Source of the DNA: Acaryochloris marina MBIC11017
GTDB lineage: Bacteria > Cyanobacteriota > Cyanobacteriia > Thermosynechococcales > Thermosynechococcaceae
Length of the DNA stretch: 32,000 bases
NCBI RefSeq assembly: GCF_000018105.1
Contig: NC_009925.1
Span: forward strand, 3,210,001 to 3,242,000
Reading direction: 5' to 3'
Part shown: piece after piece, positions 20,747-28,966 of the stretch
Position numbering within the stretch: the stretch's first letter is position 1
Layout: each line of letters begins with the position of its first letter
Notes under the pieces: generated by a model
What the model saw: the letters and a program-made list of their open reading frames with translations, nothing else
Database searches by the model: none
What the model was told of the DNA's origin: nothing
Program-made: the position numbers and the translations under genes

Positions 20747-23029
20747 TTAGACAAAGACAAACCCTTGGCTAAAGTCATTGAGAGTAACTTGGGAAACAAC
20801 CCCAATCAACTCATTAGTGGCTTGCTCATGCCAGATTTCTGTGGAGACTCCATCTTGAGCCAGTCCCAACACATAATCTGCAGCACTCCCTTGGAGCTGA
20901 ATCACATCATCACTGAGGGCAAAATCAAGAATATTGGCATAATCTGTAGCTCCACTGGTGTTGACATCACCATCGTCATAAAACAGACCGCTGGCATCAC
21001 CCAAGATAAATTGATCCAGACCAAGGCCACCCATCATGGTGTCGAGCCCTTCACTGCCCCAGAGCATATCGTCTCCAGCGCCGCCATCCAGGTGATTGTC
21101 GCCAGTACCACCCGTCAAGGTGTCGTTGCCTGCTTCTCCAGCTAGGTCTCCTAAGTCTTTACTTAAGACATCATCCGCTAATCCACCATGAAGAATGCCA
21201 GAAGCATCTTGGTAGACTCTCACATAGTCAATATTGAGAGAACTTTGGTCTGGAGTATTGGCAGTGGGCTGCCCGGGCCAATCGCCTCCAATCGCTAGAT
21301 TGGAGATCAGGTACATGGGGACATCAGGAATATCATGGGTGATTTCATACAGGGCTTGACCATCGACAAACCAAGTAATCTTATCGGCATCCCACTGGGC
21401 ACCAAAGGTGTGAAAGTCAGCGCTGAAGTCAATATTGCTGAACACTTGCTCTCCACTTTCTGAGGCAATATTAGATTGACCATCTGTATAGTGCAAGGAG
21501 GTGAAGATCCGATCTGTTTGGTCACCCAGCACTTCCATCACATCAATTTCTGGGGGCCAGCCACCATCGGTGGGTAGCATCCAAAAGGCGGGCCATAAGG
21601 CTTCACCACTCGGAACTTGAGCCCGAATCTCCATATAGCCATGGGTAAAGGCTTGCTTGTTGTGGCTGGAGATCATCCCGGAGGTGTAGCCAAAGGTCTG
21701 GGTATCGGCATAACCTGTAAGGGGGTCGATGATGTCAGCCGTAATACCCTGGTCGAGTTTTTGACCCAGCAGTTTAAGAGTCCCGTTCTCAATGTCCATG
21801 CCGTCATAGGTGACGCCATCAATGACCTCGTTGTCGCCGACATAGTATTGAGCTTCGTTATTCCAGAGGTTGGTGCGACCGTTGTAGTGATTGTGGTGGG
21901 TATAGCGAGTATTCCAGAAAGATTCATCTAAAGACGTGCCATTAAACTCATCTTGAAAGACCAGTTCCCAATTGGAATCATTCGCTGGATGCCAGTCAGT
22001 GGCATTGGGGTTATCGGTATAGTCAAAGTAATTGGCTGAAAGAACGACACTGTCAGCCTTTAAGTTTTCAACCACTGCGACCAATTCGTCAGTGCTATCC
22101 CAAGTACCGTTGTTATTGGTATCCAGATAGATACCAGCATTTTCACCGGAGAATTGAGATTGGAGGCTGGTGGGAATATCAGAGACCACGTAGTCACTAG
22201 CACTGCCATGGAGTTGAATGCTGTCTTGGAGGCGATTGAGATCCTGGATAACCGCATAATCGTTGTCGCCCTGGGTGGCGGCATTGCCATCATCGTAATA
22301 GGCAGAGATGGAATCTCCTAGGATGAAGGCATCGGCTCCTTCGCCGCCGAGCAAGGTATCGATGGTATTAACGCCACTGTGGCTGTTGTTGGAGGCTCTT
22401 ACGCCATCTAGGACATCGTCTTGAGCACCACCATTGAGGGAGTCGTTGCCTTTGCCGCCCCAGAGTTGGTCATTACCTGTACCACCGTCGAGGGTGTCAT
22501 GACCGTTGCCCCCTTCTAGGCTATCTTGGCCGGTATAGCCATACAAGACGTCTTTGCCGCCATTTCCATAAAGGACATCATCTCCGGCTCCCCCATCCAG
22601 GAGGTCAGCTCCGCCTCTGCCATAGAGCGTATCGTTATCATTTTCGCCATAAAGGGAGTCTTTACCTGCGCCACCGTCTAAGAAATCGACGCCATCAAAT
22701 CCGAAGATAAGGTCATCGCCATCGTTGCCGTAGAGGAAATCGTTACTGACGTCTCCAAAGATCAAGTCATTGCCACCCTGGCCACTAATCGTATCGTTTC
22801 CAGCACCGCCATTTAGGGTGTCATTACCATCGCCGCCATCGAGGGAATCATCCCCTAAGCTGCCGTAGATCTCATCATTTCCTTCTTCACCAAAGAGAGT
22901 ATCGTTGCCGTTATAACCGTAGAGTTTATCGTTACCTTTTCTGCCGTAAACGATATAGTCGACTAGATCTTCCCAGCCACCCCAAATGTCATCTCCATCA
23001 CTTAAAAAAAATGATTTTATAGTTCTCAT
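20747..23029 (-). CDS. Secreted RTX-repeat glycoside hydrolase family 16 (beta-glucanase/laminarinase-like) protein of 760 aa.
   Basis: The N-terminal ~210 aa are nonapeptide repeats. The GH16 core lies around aa 350-605, with catalytic E494-I-D496-V-M-E499 (nt 21533-21550) and WPAFWMLP. A second short RTX block and a C-terminal T1SS-type domain follow. There is no signal peptide. Confidence 0.9.
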   Translation of the reverse strand: MRTIKSFFLSDGDDIWGGWEDLVDYIVYGRKGNDKLYGYNGNDTLFGEEGNDEIYGSLGDDSLDGGDGNDTLNGGAGNDTISGQGGNDLIFGDVSNDFLYGNDGDDLIFGFDGVDFLDGGAGKDSLYGENDNDTLYGRGGADLLDGGAGDDVLYGNGGKDVLYGYTGQDSLEGGNGHDTLDGGTGNDQLWGGKGNDSLNGGAQDDVLDGVRASNNSHSGVNTIDTLLGGEGADAFILGDSISAYYDDGNAATQGDNDYAVIQDLNRLQDSIQLHGSASDYVVSDIPTSLQSQFSGENAGIYLDTNNNGTWDSTDELVAVVENLKADSVVLSANYFDYTDNPNATDWHPANDSNWELVFQDEFNGTSLDESFWNTRYTHHNHYNGRTNLWNNEAQYYVGDNEVIDGVTYDGMDIENGTLKLLGQKLDQGITADIIDPLTGYADTQTFGYTSGMISSHNKQAFTHGYMEIRAQVPSGEALWPAFWMLPTDGGWPPEIDVMEVLGDQTDRIFTSLHYTDGQSNIASESGEQVFSNIDFSADFHTFGAQWDADKITWFVDGQALYEITHDIPDVPMYLISNLAIGGDWPGQPTANTPDQSSLNIDYVRVYQDASGILHGGLADDVLSKDLGDLAGEAGNDTLTGGTGDNHLDGGAGDDMLWGSEGLDTMMGGLGLDQFILGDASGLFYDDGDVNTSGATDYANILDFALSDDVIQLQGSAADYVLGLAQDGVSTEIWHEQATNELIGVVSQVTLNDFSQGFVFV

Positions 23030-23152
23030 TGACCAATCCTTTTTGTGTGTATCCTTTGTGCCTTGGAAGACATTTTTGTGTTGTGTAAGTCGATTCTAAA
23101 TTCTCTATTTAGCTGTAATGTCAATAGATTGCTTGATTAGTATTTCTTATGA

Positions 23153-23193
23153 TTTTTTATAAAAATGAGTTGCATAAAACTTATGCAACTCAT
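23153..23193 (-). terminator. Rho-independent terminator downstream of the STAS gene.
   Basis: 12-bp perfect stem ATGAGTTGCATA / TATGCAACTCAT (23165-23176 and 23182-23193) with a 5-nt loop. On the minus strand it is followed by TTTTATAAAAAA. Confidence 0.55.
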
Positions 23194-23261
23194 AAACGAA
23201 ACATTCAATTGTGTGCTTCTTAGCTTTAATTGATGAATTGAATATGGCTTCAATCTATGAT

Positions 23262-23615
23262 TTAGAATGAATCAAATGGCGAATACCCAGTGATAGAATG
23301 ACAGCACTCTAGTTGAGTCGATAAATGGATACAACCTATGCCAACTGTGAAGTTGTAAGCTGTTTGAAAGAGTTCAGCAATAACTTTTGCACCATAACTA
23401 TCGATTAAGCGAGTATTCTGAAAATCTAATACAATATATTTATTTGAAGTGATAGCTTCACAGATTGTTTGAAATAGTTGTTCTGTGTATTCTTGATTGC
23501 TTTGTGTCACATATTCAGGCATGACTAATATACAAGGCTGATAGCTTTTGTGGGTAATAGAACTAGTTTTTAAAGAAGCGGAAACATGTTCTTTTAGTAA
23601 TGTGGCGTAAGACAT
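23262..23615 (-). CDS. STAS-domain protein (SpoIIAA-like anti-sigma-factor antagonist fold), orphan.
   Basis: YIVLDFQNTRLIDSYGAKVIAELF matches the vvlDls-v-fiDSsG core of STAS domains. The gene sits in an AT-rich islet. Confidence 0.45.
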   Translation of the reverse strand: MSYATLLKEHVSASLKTSSITHKSYQPCILVMPEYVTQSNQEYTEQLFQTICEAITSNKYIVLDFQNTRLIDSYGAKVIAELFQTAYNFTVGIGCIHLSTQLECCHSITGYSPFDSF

Positions 23616-23800
23616 GGTTTATCGTTCCAATGAGTCGAATTTGGCTCTCAGTAAAATACTTACTATGTAGGCCAACTCATCTACTATGGCAGTCCCATGT
23701 ATGCAAACATGTTTTTGCCAAATAAAAATAGGTATAAGTTTCGTATAACAATGGCGGGGACGCCAAAAAATGGGTGTGGATCGCTGGAAGCGTAACCGTT

Positions 23801-25069
23801 TTAGGCGGTCATTTGCAAAATATGCTGTTGATAGAGTTGGCTCAACTGCTGGGCTACACCTTGCCAGCTAAAAGTTGTTTCTACTCGTTTGCGGGCGGCG
23901 AGTCCCCATTGTTCTCTGAGAGAGGGATCTGCCAAAATTTGATCAATGGCTCGGGAAAATCCAGGAATATCTTTGGCCGGGATGAGTAAGCCCGTTTCAT
24001 GGGGTAGAACGGTGAACTGCAGCCCCCCTACATCGCTGGCAATCACGGGTGTTCGGCTAGCCATTGATTCTATGGCAACTAGGCCAAAGGGTTCATAGTG
24101 ACTCGGAACGACACTGACATCAGCTGCTGCATAGTAGTAGGGCAAGGCGTCATTGCTAATTCGCCCCGGGAATTGTGTATGGTCGGCCAGATCGAGGTCT
24201 TGAACGATACCTTCGATGCGATCGCGTTCCCAACCATCTTTTTCTCCCGGACGACTACCGCCCCCAATAATCAATTGTAAGGTGTCATCTGTCCTAAATT
24301 TAGACTGAGCCACGGCTCGGACGAGGGTTTCAATGCCTTTGCGAGGGTCAAAGCGACCAATATAGAAGACGACTTTAGCGTCTAGGGGAATTCCCAACTT
24401 TTGGCGGGCCTCGGCTCGGGTCATCGCTCCATAGCGACCAATGTCGGTGCCACAGGGAATGACTTGAATATTGCCACGGGATGAAAGATGCGATCGCATA
24501 TGGGCTTCTTCCTGGGGACTCGTGGCCACAATACAGTCCGCAGCTTCTAAGCACTGCTTTTCGATCGCGAGCCGAGTCGTCGCAATGGCAGGAATATTGG
24601 GAACATTGGCATACTTGATCGCCCCTAGGGAGTGGTAAGTATGCATTTGAACTAGAGGTTGGTGCTGTTTTAGTTCCATGCCGACCCAGCTGGACAGCCA
24701 ATAATTCGTGTGCACCAAAGGGTATTGACAGCTTTCTTGCTGTTGAAACCCTAGGAGTTCTCTGACAAATTGTGGTAAATACTCGAAGATTTCATCCCGA
24801 CTCACAAATTCAGTGGGGCCAGCAGTGAGGCGAATTGTGCGACAACCGGGACAATGTTGGACCTGCTCAGCTTGCTGGGGATGAGCCTTGCGGGTAAACA
24901 TATCTACCTGCCAGCCGAGATGAGCTAGCGCTTCACCCACTTGGCGGACGTAAACATTTTGGCCTCCTGCTTCTTCTGCACCGATCTCAACTGCAGGATC
25001 ACCATGTACAGAAATCAGTGCAACTTTGGTTGGCGGTCCATGGGGTGAGATTGGAGTAAATGGACTCAT
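23801..25069 (-). CDS. GT4-family (GT-B fold) glycosyltransferase, sucrose-phosphate-synthase/MshA-like.
   Basis: ISVHGDPAVEIGAEEAGGQNVYVRQVGEAL is a typical N-terminal donor/acceptor loop. The C-terminal E-x7-E region is PSHYEPFGLVAIESMASRTPVIAS. I chose the ATG at 25069; the 32-codon upstream extension is AT-rich. Confidence 0.8.
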   Translation of the reverse strand: MSPFTPISPHGPPTKVALISVHGDPAVEIGAEEAGGQNVYVRQVGEALAHLGWQVDMFTRKAHPQQAEQVQHCPGCRTIRLTAGPTEFVSRDEIFEYLPQFVRELLGFQQQESCQYPLVHTNYWLSSWVGMELKQHQPLVQMHTYHSLGAIKYANVPNIPAIATTRLAIEKQCLEAADCIVATSPQEEAHMRSHLSSRGNIQVIPCGTDIGRYGAMTRAEARQKLGIPLDAKVVFYIGRFDPRKGIETLVRAVAQSKFRTDDTLQLIIGGGSRPGEKDGWERDRIEGIVQDLDLADHTQFPGRISNDALPYYYAAADVSVVPSHYEPFGLVAIESMASRTPVIASDVGGLQFTVLPHETGLLIPAKDIPGFSRAIDQILADPSLREQWGLAARKRVETTFSWQGVAQQLSQLYQQHILQMTA

Positions 25070-25322
25070 GACCCTGCGCAGAACTAAGTAACACTTAGCA
25101 AGAATACTTCCAAAATTTGCAAAATAAATCAATAAATATTTATACAAAGCATAGCCTACAACCATCCCTTCCCTGATGAATTGCTGTGTTTCTCAACAAT
25201 CGCCCAGAAAAAAATGCTGAATGCGGAAATGATCCCCATTGTGATCCCTTTCCATAAGCTGGGGTTTTCGTATCCATTAGACATCAAAAACAGCAATTAT
25301 CCGTAAATGCTTTGTTATAGAT

Positions 25323-25357
25323 TTAATCCAATGTATATTGTTGTTAACATTGATTAA
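25323..25357 (+). promoter_or_regulatory. Imperfect inverted repeat TTAATCCAATG ... CATTGATTAA upstream of bicA. Candidate LysR-type (CcmR/NdhR-like) operator.
   Basis: The arms lie at 25323-25333 and 25348-25357, 23 nt upstream of the bicA ATG. The half-sites resemble the TCAATG/ATCAAT elements I recall for NdhR (from memory, unverified). Confidence 0.25.
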
Positions 25358-25379
25358 AGTCAACTAAAAGCGCTGACCT

Positions 25380-27059
25380 ATGCAGATAACGAACCGAATC
25401 CATTTCCGAAACTTTAGCGGTGACCTCTTTGGGGGGATCACCGCTGCTGTTATTGCTTTGCCTATGGCCTTGACCTTTGGGGTTGCTTCTGGTGCAGGTC
25501 CTGCTGCGGGACTCTATGGTGCCATCCTGGTGGGCTTCTTTGCGGCTTTGTTTGGGGGCACACCTACCCTCATCTCAGAACCCACGGGTCCCATGACCGT
25601 AATTATGACAGCGGTCATTACAAACCTAACGGCGGCAACGGATGATCCCGAGAAAGGCTTAGCAATGGCCTTTACGGTGGTGATGATGGCAGGGATTTTC
25701 CAAATTCTGTTTGGTGTTCTGCGCTTAGGGAAATATGTCACCCTAATGCCCTATACCGTTGTGTCGGGCTTTATGTCAGGGATTGGCATCATTTTGGTGA
25801 TCCTGCAGTTGGGACCCTTTTTAGGAGAGGCAGCGCCCAAAGGTGGGGTGCTAGGTACGCTCAGGGAGTTGCCGACTCTTTTGTCTGATATTAATGTCTC
25901 AGCCTTGTTTTTGAGTCTGCTAACGGTCGCCACCATTGTTTTGATTCCGATCCTTGTGCCGACGCAACTCAAGAAGTGGTTCCCACCTCAATTGGTTGCC
26001 CTATTAGTGGGTACCTTTGTCGCTCTGTGGTTGTTCCCAGGTGCCAGCGTGGATCGGATTGCACCGTTTGAGGCCGGGTTGCCCACGCTACGAATGCCTG
26101 TTTTTACCCAAAATGAGCTACAGCTTATGGTTGTGGATGCCATGATTTTGGCTGTTTTAGGGTGTATTGATGCCCTGTTGACTTCTGTGGTGGCCGATAG
26201 TCTGACCCGCACGGAGCATAATTCTAATAAAGAACTGATTGGCCAAGGGATTGGCAACCTAGTGTCTGGTTTGTGTGGTGGTATTGCGGGGGCTGGCGCC
26301 ACGATGGGTACCGTGGTTAATATTCAAGCGGGTGGGCGAACAGCCCTCTCTGGTTTGACTCGCGCTTTTATCTTGTTGATTGTGGTTCTCTGGGCAGCCC
26401 CTTTAACCCAGAATATTCCCTTAGCCGTACTGGCAGGGATTGCCCTCAAGGTCGGAATTGACATTATTGATTGGGATTTCCTAAAGCGGGCCCATCAGGT
26501 GTCTTGGAAAGGAACGGCCATTATGTATGGTGTGATTGCCCTCACCGTTTTTGTTGATCTGATGGTGGCTGTGGGCATTGGTGTATTTATTGCCAATATC
26601 GTCACGATTGATCGCCTGAGTACTCTGCAATCCAAATCAGTGAAGGCCATCACGGATGCAGACGACGAAATTCAACTGACGGAGGAAGAAAAACAACTCC
26701 TCGATCAGGGCCAAGGACGCATGTTGCTCTTTCATTTAAGTGGCCCCATGATTTTCGGTGTTGCAAAGGCGATTTCACGAGAACAAAAAGCCCTGAAATA
26801 TTGTGAGGCTTTGGTTCTAGACTTGAGTGATGTGCCTCATATGGGGGTTACCTCTTCCTTGACCATTGAAAATGCGATTGAAGAAGCTCTCGACAAAGGT
26901 TGTTCTGTGTTTGTGGTTGGCGCTGCTGGTCAAACTAGACGCCGTCTAGGCAAATTAGGGATTTGGGACCGTCTTCCCCCAGAAAATGTGTTGGCAGATC
27001 GCGTGGAAGCGTTGCGCAAAAGTGTAGCGGGTCTGGATCACTATGCGACCTCTGGTTGA
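25380..27059 (+). CDS. bicA: SulP-family Na+-dependent bicarbonate transporter BicA (membrane domain plus C-terminal STAS domain).
   Basis: The N-terminus MQITNRIHFRNFSGDLFGGITAAVIALPMALTFGVASGAGPAAGLYGAILVGFFAALFGGTPTLISEPTGPMTV closely matches my memory of Synechococcus PCC 7002 BicA. The protein is 559 aa with a STAS tail. Confidence 0.85.
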   Translation: MQITNRIHFRNFSGDLFGGITAAVIALPMALTFGVASGAGPAAGLYGAILVGFFAALFGGTPTLISEPTGPMTVIMTAVITNLTAATDDPEKGLAMAFTVVMMAGIFQILFGVLRLGKYVTLMPYTVVSGFMSGIGIILVILQLGPFLGEAAPKGGVLGTLRELPTLLSDINVSALFLSLLTVATIVLIPILVPTQLKKWFPPQLVALLVGTFVALWLFPGASVDRIAPFEAGLPTLRMPVFTQNELQLMVVDAMILAVLGCIDALLTSVVADSLTRTEHNSNKELIGQGIGNLVSGLCGGIAGAGATMGTVVNIQAGGRTALSGLTRAFILLIVVLWAAPLTQNIPLAVLAGIALKVGIDIIDWDFLKRAHQVSWKGTAIMYGVIALTVFVDLMVAVGIGVFIANIVTIDRLSTLQSKSVKAITDADDEIQLTEEEKQLLDQGQGRMLLFHLSGPMIFGVAKAISREQKALKYCEALVLDLSDVPHMGVTSSLTIENAIEEALDKGCSVFVVGAAGQTRRRLGKLGIWDRLPPENVLADRVEALRKSVAGLDHYATSG

Positions 27060-27132
27060 AGATAGCTCACCCTCGATCTCTAGATGCTTGATCAAGGATG
27101 TTTTTCTGATTTGACAGATTATTGTTCACTCA

Positions 27133-28536
27133 ATGTGGGATATGAATACATTCATCGATACTTTATCAATGTCACCGCTTCTCCAAGGCGGCATTTCTCA
27201 GCCTTGGTTAATCGCTGCAGCTAATGCAGATGAAGCGCCCCTCATCCTCTCAGGGGTACTCCTCAGCCTAGTGGTCATTTATCTCGCTAGTAAGCTTGGC
27301 GGTGAGTTATCACAGCTCTTAAACTTACCGCCTGTATTAGGAGAACTAGTCGGAGGGGTGGCGATTGGAGCCTCAGCCCTGCACCTGCTGGTCTTTGCAG
27401 AAGGTGGAACGGTTGCCGCTGATTCCGCCTTAATGCCAATTCTGCAGTTTATTGGCGGCAATCTCAGCGCCGAATCCATCACCTCGATTTTTGAAAGCCA
27501 GAGCGAAATCATTGAGATTTTGTCCGAGCTGGGGGTGATTATTCTACTATTTGAAATTGGCTTAGAGTCGGATCTCAGAGAACTAACGGAGGTGGGCTAT
27601 CAGGCAGTGTTAGTGGCGGTAGTCGGTGTAGTAGCGCCCTTTGCGGCGGGGACTGCCGGATTGGTGCTGTTGTTCCATATGCCCACGATTCCATCGATTT
27701 TTGCCGGAGCTGCATTGACGGCAACCAGTATTGGTATTACCTCCAAGGTTCTGTCTGAATTGGGCTTCCTTAAATCCAAAGAAGGGCAAATTATTGTTGG
27801 TGCAGCCATTATTGATGACGTGTTAGGCATTATCGTTTTGGCAGTGGTGGCCAGCTTGGCTAAAACTGGCGAAGTGGATATCGTTAATGTTCTGTATTTG
27901 ATTGGTAGCGCCTCAGCATTTTTGGTGGGCTCTATTCTGCTAGGTCGATTTTTCAATCAAGCCTTTGTGACCATTGCCGACCAACTGAAAACTCGCGGCA
28001 AACTAGTGATTCCTGCTTTGAGTTTTGCTTTTATCATGGCTTTTCTGGCCAATGCGATTCACTTAGAAGCGATTCTGGGGGCCTTTGCTGCTGGTTTGGT
28101 GCTCGATGAAACGGATAAGCGCAAAGAACTGGATAAACAGGTGGTTCCCATTGCCGATATTCTCGTGCCGATTTTCTTTGTGACCGTAGGGGCAAAAGCA
28201 GACTTGAGCGTCCTCAATCCAGCAGTGCCTGAAAACCGAGAAGGATTAGTGATTGCCGCTTTTCTGATTGTGGTCGCCATGATTGGCAAGCTGATGACGG
28301 GTTGGACGGTTGTCGGTCAGCCTGGCATTAATCGCTTTGCGATTGGCGTTGGCATGATTCCTCGAGGGGAGGTCGGCCTAGTCTTTGCCGGGATTGGTTC
28401 AGCCAGTGGTGTGTTGGATAAACCTTTGGAAGCAGCGATTATTACGATGGTGATTTTGACCACCTTTGTGGCGCCGCCATTGTTACGGGTGGCGTTTAAA
28501 GGCGGTGCGATCGCAATTGAGTCTCCAGCGAACTAG
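27133..28536 (+). CDS. CPA2-family cation/proton (Na+/H+) antiporter, NhaS3/NapA-like.
   Basis: 467 aa with about 12-13 TM segments and the Na_H_exchanger pattern (ELGVIILLFEIGLESD, AAIIDDVLGIIVLA, MIPRGEVGLVFA). Confidence 0.85.
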   Translation: MWDMNTFIDTLSMSPLLQGGISQPWLIAAANADEAPLILSGVLLSLVVIYLASKLGGELSQLLNLPPVLGELVGGVAIGASALHLLVFAEGGTVAADSALMPILQFIGGNLSAESITSIFESQSEIIEILSELGVIILLFEIGLESDLRELTEVGYQAVLVAVVGVVAPFAAGTAGLVLLFHMPTIPSIFAGAALTATSIGITSKVLSELGFLKSKEGQIIVGAAIIDDVLGIIVLAVVASLAKTGEVDIVNVLYLIGSASAFLVGSILLGRFFNQAFVTIADQLKTRGKLVIPALSFAFIMAFLANAIHLEAILGAFAAGLVLDETDKRKELDKQVVPIADILVPIFFVTVGAKADLSVLNPAVPENREGLVIAAFLIVVAMIGKLMTGWTVVGQPGINRFAIGVGMIPRGEVGLVFAGIGSASGVLDKPLEAAIITMVILTTFVAPPLLRVAFKGGAIAIESPAN

Positions 28537-28546
28537 CACCTTTCGA

Positions 28547-28577
28547 GAACTGCGATGCTGGGGTGATATCGCAGTTC
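28547..28577 (+). other. Stem-loop between the CPA2 antiporter and mrpC (10-bp perfect stem GAACTGCGAT / ATCGCAGTTC, 11-nt loop).
   Basis: Read directly. The T8 tract begins 26 nt downstream of the stem (28604-28611), so it is not a canonical terminator. It may be an attenuator or an RNA processing/stability element. Confidence 0.35.
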
Positions 28578-28630
28578 CCTCACCCACTTCTCTCACCCCC
28601 TTTTTTTAATTAACCCTTTTTAAAATCACC

Positions 28631-28966
28631 ATGTTAGAAGCGTTTATTTTTGCGACGATTCTCTGTGGCTTTTTCGGCATCATCCTTAAGCAAAATCTGA
28701 TGATGAAGATTATTGCAATGGATGTGATGAGTACTGGCGTTATTGCCTATTACGTCAAGATCTCAGCCCGACAAGGATTTTTCACCCCCATTCTCACGAA
28801 TAGTCATCAGGGGGCCTATGCGGATCCGGTCCCGCAAGCCGTGATTTTGACGGCAATTGTGATTGGGTTTTCAATTCAAGCGTTGATGCTGGTGGGCGTC
28901 ATGAAGCTCTCCCGCGACAATCCCACCTTGGAAAGCCGTGAGATTGAAAAGACCTACACACCATGA
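28631..28966 (+). CDS. mrpC: Mrp/Mnh Na+/H+ antiporter subunit C (NuoK-like).
   Basis: 111 aa with 3 TM segments, NuoK/MnhC-like sequence and operon context. Confidence 0.85.
   Translation: MLEAFIFATILCGFFGIILKQNLMMKIIAMDVMSTGVIAYYVKISARQGFFTPILTNSHQGAYADPVPQAVILTAIVIGFSIQALMLVGVMKLSRDNPTLESREIEKTYTP

Noticed and set aside
25070-25165. The hydrophobic 32-aa N-terminal extension of the glycosyltransferase, which might be a membrane anchor.
   Set aside because: It is encoded by very AT-rich DNA typical of the intergenic region. The conserved GT-B N-terminus begins just after the ATG at 25069. I cannot exclude it without homologues.
25175-25219. A 14-codon Cys-rich mini-ORF (MNCCVSQQSPRKKC) upstream of bicA, as a possible leader peptide.
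   Set aside because: There is no associated attenuator structure or conservation evidence, and at this length it is likely a chance ORF.
27087-27096. The 10-bp perfect palindrome CTTGATCAAG between bicA and the antiporter, as a possible terminator.
   Set aside because: It has no loop and therefore cannot form a stable hairpin. The short 73-nt gap and the downstream coupling argue for co-transcription. It may be a chance palindrome or a restriction-type site.
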